The position numbers and the translations under genes are program-made. Shown piece after piece: positions 51,192 to 58,333 of a stretch of 64,000 nucleotides of DNA; the stretch's first letter is position 1; the number at the start of each line of letters is the position of its first letter. The stretch comes from Candidatus Moraniibacteriota bacterium (GTDB lineage: Bacteria; Patescibacteriota; Minisyncoccia; Moranbacterales; GCA-2747515), in assembly GCA_040772365.1 (NCBI GenBank), contig JAXGYI010000006.1:4014-68013 (forward strand). The letters run 5' to 3'. The notes below the pieces were generated by a model, which searched no databases, was not told the origin of the DNA, and worked only from the letters and a program-made list of their open reading frames with translations.

Positions 51192-51956
51192 ATGAAATCA
51201 CAAATTTACAATCAGGCCAAATATTACGAAATCGCTTTTAGCTTTGTTGATTCAGAAAGACAAGCCGATTTGTTTGAGAAGTTTATAAAAAAATATAGCA
51301 AGACGGGCGTAAAATCTGTTTTGGATTTGGCTTGCGGAACTGCTCTGCAACTCAGGGAAATGGCAAAAAGAGGATACAAATCAATCGGCCTGGATGCTAG
51401 TTCAAAAATGCTGGATTATTTGAAATGTGAATCTGAAAAAAATGGATTGAATGTAAACACAATCAAAGCTGATATCAATAATTTTAAGCTCAAGGAAAAA
51501 ATTGATTTTGCGTATATAATGATGGGGTCTATCATCTATGTCAAAAGCAATGATTTATTTCTTTCACATTTAAATTCAGTCGCGGATTCGCTAAATTCCG
51601 GCGGACTGTATCTTATAGAAAATCTCGCTATAAATTGGGCTGATCCATCTTTTTTTAAACCGCAACGCTGGATAATGAAAGAGGGTAAAATTAAGGTAAA
51701 AACAACTTATCAAATAATTCCGAAAAATCCGCTGAAACAAACAGTGACCCAAATATTAAAGATGGAAGTAGACGACAATGGAAAAAAGATGGAATTTATC
51801 GATAAGGATGATCTTAAGATAATTTTCCCTGAAGAATTGAGACTCCTTGTGGATAAAAATAGTAAGTTTGAATTAATTGGTTTTTTTGAGAGAAATAACG
51901 CGAAGCTATTAAAGAATGTTTCGCCCGATAATATTGTTTTATTAAGGAAAAAATAG
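51192..51956 (+). CDS. Class I SAM-dependent methyltransferase
   Basis: VLDLACGT, GLD.S..ML, L..GG. Confidence 0.9.
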   Translation: MKSQIYNQAKYYEIAFSFVDSERQADLFEKFIKKYSKTGVKSVLDLACGTALQLREMAKRGYKSIGLDASSKMLDYLKCESEKNGLNVNTIKADINNFKLKEKIDFAYIMMGSIIYVKSNDLFLSHLNSVADSLNSGGLYLIENLAINWADPSFFKPQRWIMKEGKIKVKTTYQIIPKNPLKQTVTQILKMEVDDNGKKMEFIDKDDLKIIFPEELRLLVDKNSKFELIGFFERNNAKLLKNVSPDNIVLLRKK

Positions 51957-51979
51957 TTTCATTTTAAAATTATATAAGG

Positions 51980-52009
51980 AAAATGACCGGCTTTTCAGTC
52001 GGTCATTTT
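51980..52009. terminator. Bidirectional terminator between methyltransferase and radical SAM gene
   Basis: AAAATGACCGGCT-TTTC-AGTCGGTCATTTT. Confidence 0.8.
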
Positions 52010-52024
52010 GTTTTGTGAAGATTC

Positions 52025-53188
52025 TCACAGTGATGCCCTGCGGATTTTAAGCTTTTTTAAAGCTGGGTATACACCGCAGTGGTTGGTGTCTTTGTATAGG
52101 TGTCTAGACATTGCCATGTTTTGCAAATCGCAGTGTCCACCGGATTTGAGCAAAGAGCAGTTGATGCATCCGGAAAAGGTATCGATTCGGAGTTTTCGTT
52201 CCTCTCCAAAGGCTTGAAGCCATGCGTCTGAAAATCTTGTATAACGAAGGTTATATTTTGATTTCCAGTTTTCTGCAGCATAGTAATTGTCGGCATACAA
52301 AAATCCATCCGAACTTACATATGCCACGAAAAGGCCTGGCTCCGGCCTCCCAGTTATTCTGACCAACTCCGAGATCGACTCGTAGATATTCGGATTTGAA
52401 ACAGGATATGTAGGCATCGGAATTGAGCGATTAGATTCGTAGCTCCTCCTGGCTTTTTCGAGCTCCAAAAGTTTCAGGAACTGATTTTCGCACAGAAGAA
52501 GTGACGGATTTTTCTTCGCTCTTCCGATTGGCAGGATGTCATTGAGAGAAAAATCGATGCCACTTTCAGCGCACCATTTTGCGGCTTGGATCATCTCGTC
52601 AATATTGTCATTGAAGATCAGTCCTTGGATTGCGAATGCCCTCCTTTTCGATTTGAGATTATTGATTATGCCCAAGATTCGCTTTCCTTGTATATGCCGT
52701 AAAATCGCGGTGCCTTTTTCTCCGTCAAAACTCAACACCAGAAAAACATCTTTGGGGATATCATCCACATTGATATTTTTCTCAAACTCAAGCCCGTTGG
52801 TTAGAAGATTACAGTTTAGCCCGATCCTCCTGGCATAAGTTACAAGTTCTATGCAATCTTTCCGCAGCAATGGATCTCCGCCGGTAAAGTATACATTTAA
52901 AACCTGCAACTTTCTGAGTTGATCTAGGATGTTTTTCCATTCGGTCGTGGACAACTCATCTTTTCTCGGTTTTCCGGCAGAGATGTAGCAGTGCTCGCAA
53001 CGCAAACCGCAACTTCGGGTAAGTTCCAGGTGTACTACTAATGGTGATTTTAGCGGGCAGGGTTTTGTTGTTAATTCGACAGGATAATCGGACAGTGGTT
53101 GATTGTCTTTGTTCAGGAAAATCAATTTTCCATCACCTGTTGATCGGATATTGCAGTAGCTTTCATGCCTTTCGATTTCTATATACAT
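52025..53188 (-). CDS. Radical SAM protein with degenerate SPASM domain
   Basis: CGLRCEHC, FTGGDP, CINC...C...C; SD AAGGAGG before ATG 53188. Confidence 0.9.
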   Translation of the reverse strand: MYIEIERHESYCNIRSTGDGKLIFLNKDNQPLSDYPVELTTKPCPLKSPLVVHLELTRSCGLRCEHCYISAGKPRKDELSTTEWKNILDQLRKLQVLNVYFTGGDPLLRKDCIELVTYARRIGLNCNLLTNGLEFEKNINVDDIPKDVFLVLSFDGEKGTAILRHIQGKRILGIINNLKSKRRAFAIQGLIFNDNIDEMIQAAKWCAESGIDFSLNDILPIGRAKKNPSLLLCENQFLKLLELEKARRSYESNRSIPMPTYPVSNPNIYESISELVRITGRPEPGLFVAYVSSDGFLYADNYYAAENWKSKYNLRYTRFSDAWLQAFGEERKLRIDTFSGCINCSLLKSGGHCDLQNMAMSRHLYKDTNHCGVYPALKKLKIRRASL

Positions 53189-53236
53189 GGAAACCTCCTT
53201 GATTAAGTTGTTAAGGTGCATCTTCTTTGACTTCCA

Positions 53237-53312
53237 AGACTATCATATCAATTTTGTTTAGTCAAAATTACCTGCGCGAAATCTTGACAAAAGCAATATT
53301 TATCTGTATAAA
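53237..53312. promoter_or_regulatory. Divergent sigma70 promoters of the radical SAM locus
   Basis: Plus TTGACA-N17-TATAAA (53284-53312); minus TTGACT-N17-TAGTCT (53265-53237). Confidence 0.75.
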
Positions 53313-53388
53313 GATATGAACTGCATTTTTGCAGTCAATCAAACGGATTGCAACTTAACAACAGAATATACGATAAAAGGAGGCTGTG

Positions 53389-53703
53389 ATGGCAAAGCGA
53401 TTTTCAAGGCGTATCGAGGATTTTGTCTGTGAGAACTGTGGGGAGCTTGTTGAGGGTAACGGGTACACGAATCATTGTCCCAGATGCCTTTTTAGCAAAC
53501 ATGTCGATGTTAACCCGGGAGACAGAGCGGCAACTTGTGGCGGAATCATGGAGCCGATCAGTATTGAGGGTGGAAGAAAGGGCTTCATGATAACATTCCG
53601 ATGCAAGAAATGCGGTCATACGAAAAGAAACAGATCATCTGAAGTTGATGACATGAACAAAATCATTGAGCTTTCCAAGGGATATGCTCAAAAAAGGAGG
53701 TGA
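53389..53703 (+). CDS. RNHCP-domain Zn-binding protein
   Basis: F.C..CG...TNHCP.CL.SKHVD..PGDRA..CGG.M.P...C..CG; SD AAGGAGG. Confidence 0.9.
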   Translation: MAKRFSRRIEDFVCENCGELVEGNGYTNHCPRCLFSKHVDVNPGDRAATCGGIMEPISIEGGRKGFMITFRCKKCGHTKRNRSSEVDDMNKIIELSKGYAQKRR

Positions 53704-53707
53704 TGCC

Positions 53708-54991
53708 ATGAATATCTTTATCCCAAGTGTTCCACATCTGGTTCACATAGAAACGACTTACGCTTGCAATCAGAGCTGTCGTTTCTGTTACAACCCTAAC
53801 CGCAACATGAAAATTGACCGGACGATTATCGATGGTATCGTTATGTCAATTTTCGAAGCATGGATTCCTCATGTGTATTTGATCGGAGGAGAACCCAGCT
53901 TGCTCGGTGCGAAGAAGCTCAATGAATACATAGAACTTCTCTCGCAGAGATCGTCGGTCACTATCGTGACAAATGGCCAAGTTTATCTCGAAGGCCTTTC
54001 CGATAAATTGGCCTGCATCGGGATACCTATGCATGGCATCAGCGAAACTCACGATTTTCTTGCTGGAAAAAGCGGAAGCTTCGAAACAGCAATCAAGTCG
54101 GTCGAGCGGTATGTGAAAAGAGGATTTGATGTCCGGTGCATACCCGTGCTGACAAAGACCAACTTCGACCAGATGTATGATGTCATCGGGTTAGCGAAAG
54201 AGCTCGGGATGGAAAGCGTCTTCGTAGACAGATACGAGGATGGCGGCATAGGCAGTCTTCGCTCATTGGAGCTTAAGCCATCACTTGAACAATTCAGGGT
54301 GGCGCTGGGGCAAATGATCGAAGGCAGAAATGATTTCGGTATCCCCGTTGGATGGGGAACGGCCATACCGTTCTGCTTGGATGAAAGGTTGATCACCGAA
54401 AACATGTTTGCGGATTGTGGAGCAGGTATTACATTCTGCGCCGTCAATCCCAAGGGTGAAGTAAGGCTGTGCAACCAATCCGAGCGGATTTACGGCAATG
54501 TGTTGAACGAACCGATGAATGAAATCTGGCACAAACCGGAACTTTCGGAGTTCCGCGATCTTGGATGGGTTGAAAAACCATGTCTGGGTTGCGCGGTTTT
54601 GTCAGATTGCATGTGCGGTTGTAAAGTTGATGCTAACCACTCGGAAACATTCTGCATCGACTACGCCGTAAGGGAAAATGGTAGCTTTTGCGAACCCAAA
54701 CCCTTGATTCATGATCGGGAAGGCTCGGGCATTCCTCACGAATTGCGTCGCTTCAAACTGAACAAGTACGCGCGACTCAATTCTCAACATAAGGAAAAAT
54801 ATCTGGTGACTCAATACCAGACAATTATCCTTGACGACATCGCCCTGTCTATGATGCAACAAATACTGTCAGGTGTAGTATGTGAAGAAACCCTGATAAG
54901 TATGAATGCTGAATTCGTAGATGAGGACGAGGTGAGGAAGTTTGTGTCTGTCCTGGATCAAGTCAAGGCAATAGACATTATCAAGGAGTGA
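53708..54991 (+). CDS. Radical SAM/SPASM protein with C-terminal PqqD-like (RRE) domain
   Basis: CNQSCRFC, GGEP, SPASM CGAG...C...CLGC..C.CGC...C, ~80-aa beta/helix tail; SD AGGAGGT. Confidence 0.9.
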   Translation: MNIFIPSVPHLVHIETTYACNQSCRFCYNPNRNMKIDRTIIDGIVMSIFEAWIPHVYLIGGEPSLLGAKKLNEYIELLSQRSSVTIVTNGQVYLEGLSDKLACIGIPMHGISETHDFLAGKSGSFETAIKSVERYVKRGFDVRCIPVLTKTNFDQMYDVIGLAKELGMESVFVDRYEDGGIGSLRSLELKPSLEQFRVALGQMIEGRNDFGIPVGWGTAIPFCLDERLITENMFADCGAGITFCAVNPKGEVRLCNQSERIYGNVLNEPMNEIWHKPELSEFRDLGWVEKPCLGCAVLSDCMCGCKVDANHSETFCIDYAVRENGSFCEPKPLIHDREGSGIPHELRRFKLNKYARLNSQHKEKYLVTQYQTIILDDIALSMMQQILSGVVCEETLISMNAEFVDEDEVRKFVSVLDQVKAIDIIKE

Positions 54992-54994
54992 ACA

Positions 54995-55933
54995 ATGGAA
55001 AGAGAGCTGGCAGTGCGAGATTGGCACTGGGAAGTCACAAAAAAATGCAACCTGAAATGCCGCCACTGTATACTCGGGGGCTGTAGCAGTCAGGAGCAGG
55101 AGTTGACGACTCAGGATTCGCTCAGGGTCATATCTCGCATTGTCCAGCTTGGAGGAAAAACCCTCAGGATTACCGGTGGGGAGCCTCTTATGCGAAAAGA
55201 TCTAGGCCTAATTATTCGGGAGGCACACGCTTCTGGATTAGGCCTAGACTTAATAACTAACGGGACAATGTTAGACGATGACTTCCTGAGAAAGTACGGA
55301 CAGTGTATCAGTCACATGGCAATCAGTATTGATGGACAGAAAGAAGCCCATGAATATCTGAGAGGGATAGGGTCGTATGAAAAGTCCATACTGGCTGCAA
55401 AGAAGATTATGGACGTGGGTATAGATCTTTCTGTCTACATTACGGTACACTCATTAAATGAAAGCTCACTCGATCTTCTTGTGGATGAACTTGTGTCCCT
55501 TGGGATTGGAAGTTTTCATTTTAATGAAATCAATATGGAAGGGAGAGCATCGAAAAATCGGCATTTGCTTCTCGGACGGGAAAAGACTTCCAATAGACTT
55601 GATCGCATATTGTCCCAGCTACAAAAAGTCGTAGACGTTGGGCATGTTTCTCGCGATTCAAGCTGCTCGATCTCTTCAGACTCGGTCTACCTTGCTTCGG
55701 ACGGAAGAATCTATGCTTGCGTGGAGATAGCTTTTAAATCTCCCGAGCAAAAGATTGCCCATATTCTCGACCATGGGGCTGAAGGCAGGATAAACCGGTT
55801 CTTTTCAGAAGTGGTTATCCCGAAAGACTGCATTTGCCGATATTCATCATTTAGCATGCAAGGTATTAGTGTGTTACTTAATGAATCGGAGAGATGCCCA
55901 ATTCTAAAGGAAAGGAGGTTTGACAATGGATAG
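54995..55933 (+). CDS. Radical SAM protein with Twitch-like C-terminus
   Basis: CNLKCRHC, ITGGEP, TNG, C...DG.IYAC...CIC...CP; SD AAGGAG. Confidence 0.9.
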   Translation: MERELAVRDWHWEVTKKCNLKCRHCILGGCSSQEQELTTQDSLRVISRIVQLGGKTLRITGGEPLMRKDLGLIIREAHASGLGLDLITNGTMLDDDFLRKYGQCISHMAISIDGQKEAHEYLRGIGSYEKSILAAKKIMDVGIDLSVYITVHSLNESSLDLLVDELVSLGIGSFHFNEINMEGRASKNRHLLLGREKTSNRLDRILSQLQKVVDVGHVSRDSSCSISSDSVYLASDGRIYACVEIAFKSPEQKIAHILDHGAEGRINRFFSEVVIPKDCICRYSSFSMQGISVLLNESERCPILKERRFDNG

Positions 55934-56492
55934 TCATCTGCGTAAACTGTACTCAGAGTTTAGTTTTCTCTACCGGGACATTCGATCTGTTTGCGCAGAT
56001 TGTAAAGATCATGACTGCGAGGGATATGTGTGGCTTCTGAAAGACGAGGCGTCCTTGCTGTATGATCTGAACGTTCCCATAGTGGAAATAAACGATAGTA
56101 CCTTTTTCATCCACTCATTCGAAGAGGTTGATGGATCATTATCGATCGACAAGCCAAAGCCGCCATGTAATCTGAGGCGCGATGGACTCTGTTCGATATA
56201 TGATTCAAGACCCTTGGTGTGCAGGATGTATCCGGTTGGACTCGTTACGGTGGATGGTGAGGTTTTGCTTGTCCTGCACAAGGACTGCAAATTCTCACGC
56301 GATATCAACGGCGAGGCTAAGGCAGCATTCATCGCGCAAGTGATTGAAGTGCTGAAACGGGCATCACCTGATCTTCTTGTGGAAGTCATGACTTCCTACA
56401 GAGAGGTTGATGCAATCTCGGCCTTTCCTGAAGGCCCCAACACCTATGAGGTTATCATGCCTTTTAGGTCTCTCATCCAAGAAAGGAGGTGA
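55926..56492 (+). CDS. YkgJ/CxxCxxCC-family Fe-S or Zn cluster protein
   Basis: CADC...C, C.L...G.CSIY..RP.VCR.YP; SD AAGGAGG. Confidence 0.85.
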   Translation: MDSHLRKLYSEFSFLYRDIRSVCADCKDHDCEGYVWLLKDEASLLYDLNVPIVEINDSTFFIHSFEEVDGSLSIDKPKPPCNLRRDGLCSIYDSRPLVCRMYPVGLVTVDGEVLLVLHKDCKFSRDINGEAKAAFIAQVIEVLKRASPDLLVEVMTSYREVDAISAFPEGPNTYEVIMPFRSLIQERR

Positions 56493-56498
56493 GCGGTT

Positions 56499-56615
56499 AT
56501 GTCGAAGTGCAAAGCTGTTTTGGACAGCCAGAAGGTGACCAAGATCACGGTCAGGAAGAAGGGCGAGAAGGCGACGGAGGTGTCGAAGGAAGTTGCGGCG
56601 ACCAAGAAGCCCTGA
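56499..56615 (+). CDS. 38-aa Lys-rich peptide, candidate RiPP precursor
   Basis: MSKCKAVLDSQKVTKITVRKKGEKATEVSKEVAATKKP*; SD AAGGAGGTGA overlapping the upstream stop; terminator follows. Confidence 0.75.
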   Translation: MSKCKAVLDSQKVTKITVRKKGEKATEVSKEVAATKKP

Positions 56616-56646
56616 AGAGCGTGGCGGTCTTGCAGTGAACTCTAAC

Positions 56647-56686
56647 AAGGAGATTCGGTTTAAAAAACTGGGTCTCCTTTTTCTTT
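56647..56686 (+). terminator. Intrinsic terminator closing the radical SAM operon
   Basis: AAGGAGATTCGGTT/AACTGGGTCTCCTT stem (with G-U pairs) then TTTCTTT. Confidence 0.8.
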
Positions 56687-57043
56687 ATACTATAATAATT
56701 TTCGAAACACCGTACTGTCTTATTCCTCAAAATAAGACAGTGGCTGTCCCGTGTCTCATTTGTCTCATTTTGCCCTCAAAAACCCGACCCGACCTCTTCA
56801 AATCCCAAGACTGGACAGACCCTCAAAAAAGCCTTATAATTCCCTATATATTTGGGTTCCAGACCGAGGTAGCCCGCTAAAGGTCCTTGTGCACGCTTTC
56901 GCTACGTGAAGATTTTTTAGAGCCGCAATACATACAGCAGTAAGGATTATGATTATGACGTATTGTGTGTGTTGTGCGATACAGTTGCGTAAAAGGGCAT
57001 GTGGCTTTATAATAGAGTCGTATGTTTTATGTGAGGAGATGAT

Positions 57044-57574
57044 ATGCTAATCTTGTGTAGGAGAACTATGCGACTGTTCAAGGGTGTGGGTATAGGTGTA
57101 GCAGTGTCGTGGTGTGTACCAGGAAGTGTGTGGGCTGTGTGTCCCGTATGCACGGTTGCTGTTGGCGCTGGCGTAGGACTGTCGCGCTATTTAGGCGTAG
57201 ATGATACTATTGCAGGATCATGGATTGGCGCACTAACAGTATCAGTGATTTTGTGGACCAATAGCTGGTTGGAGAAAAAAAACATACGATTTCGTTTTCG
57301 TGATGCCGTGGTGACATTATTGTATCTTGTGCTTGTAGTTGTGCCATTGTATTGGAGTGATATTGTAGGGCACCCACTCAACACACTGTGGAATGTAGAC
57401 AAGTTGATACTCGGTATTGCTGTTGGCGGTGGAGTGTTTTATGGTGCGGTGCAATGGTATGCATATCTCAAGGCACGCAATAATGGACGCAGTTATTTTC
57501 CATTTCAAAAGGTTGTGATGCCGTTGGTAGCGGTAGCGCTTGTGAGTATAGCATTTTATGTGATTACAAAATAA
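57044..57574 (+). CDS. Conserved hypothetical membrane protein with CPVC motif
   Basis: AVCPVCTVAVGAGVGLSRYLGVDD, multiple TM helices; promoter TTGCGT-N17-TATAAT at 56985-57013. Confidence 0.8.
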   Translation: MLILCRRTMRLFKGVGIGVAVSWCVPGSVWAVCPVCTVAVGAGVGLSRYLGVDDTIAGSWIGALTVSVILWTNSWLEKKNIRFRFRDAVVTLLYLVLVVVPLYWSDIVGHPLNTLWNVDKLILGIAVGGGVFYGAVQWYAYLKARNNGRSYFPFQKVVMPLVAVALVSIAFYVITK

Positions 57575-57586
57575 CGATATAGTACT

Positions 57587-58135
57587 ATGAGCAGTGATCT
57601 AAAAAAATTGAATGAGTTTGTGGAGAAAATTGACCACATGAAGAAACAGGATAAGATGGATCTGTCATCTGACCAGGATTTGAGTCTCGCGATCATGAAC
57701 CTCATTAGCATTGAAGAGCATTTCTTTTTTACAGCAGAGAAGACGGGGAAAAGTGAGTATTTGATGTTACTGAAAGAGGTTCGCGAGATGCGCAAGGTAT
57801 TGCTTCAAAAAATTATCAAGGAATATGAAGGTGAAGTATGGTGTATTTCCAAACACCTACTTGCAGCAAGTATGCGTCTTATGGAAGTCGGTACAAAGCA
57901 GTTGGGACAAGGCAATGATGCGGAGGCGCAGGAGATGTTTCAGAAGTCCTATGACCTCTATGGGATGTTTTGGGCGTTGAATATGAATTTAATCGGATCG
58001 GATGATGTGAAGAAGGCTGGCGGAATCAAAAAAATTGACGCGAAGGCGCTGAATAAAAATGACAAAGAAAAGAGTGGCTTTTCGGGGAAGCTACGCGACC
58101 TCGTGCGCAAGGCGATTGACTGCTGTATTGAGTAG
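57587..58135 (+). CDS. Conserved hypothetical helical protein ending in CC
   Basis: NLISIEEH, WCISKHLL, C-terminal DCCIE; 12 nt after previous gene. Confidence 0.8.
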   Translation: MSSDLKKLNEFVEKIDHMKKQDKMDLSSDQDLSLAIMNLISIEEHFFFTAEKTGKSEYLMLLKEVREMRKVLLQKIIKEYEGEVWCISKHLLAASMRLMEVGTKQLGQGNDAEAQEMFQKSYDLYGMFWALNMNLIGSDDVKKAGGIKKIDAKALNKNDKEKSGFSGKLRDLVRKAIDCCIE

Positions 58136-58201
58136 CATGTGTACTGTTAACGACTGATAGGGAAAATATGAAAACAGAATCACGCGGATTCTGTTTTTTT
58201 G

Positions 58202-58273
58202 TTGTCCGGGCAGGGATCGAACCTGCGCATGACGGGACCAAAACCCGTTGCCTTACCGCTTGGCTACCGGACA
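58202..58273 (-). tRNA. tRNA-Gln(TTG)
   Basis: TGTCCGG/CCGGACA acceptor (U1-A72), anticodon loop TTTTGGT. Confidence 0.95.
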
Positions 58274-58333
58274 GCAGGGGAGTCTTGCACATGTTGACTA
58301 TAGTACCGCAGGATACATTTTTTTTCAAGTATT

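Larger units (their letters stand above)
41915..56900. mobile_element. Genomic island / phage-satellite-like element at tRNA-Ser(CGA); right border approximate
   Basis: Abrupt shift to AT-richer sequence after the tRNA; serine recombinase, terminase pair, methylase remnant, cargo; host-like composition resumes near 56.9 kb. Confidence 0.8.

Noticed and set aside
56613-56645. TGA read-through (Sec or Gly) extending the peptide with RAWRSCSEL
   Set aside because: Other genes in the operon end at TGA with coupled downstream starts, so TGA is a stop; no evidence for recoding
56593-56880. 95-aa ORF in the track
   Set aside because: TTG start without SD, overlaps the peptide and crosses the terminator and repeats
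41915-56900. Complete prophage, or a tyrosine-integrase-style tRNA 3' duplication
   Set aside because: No structural or lysis genes; only a 10/11-nt tRNA-like match at the right end
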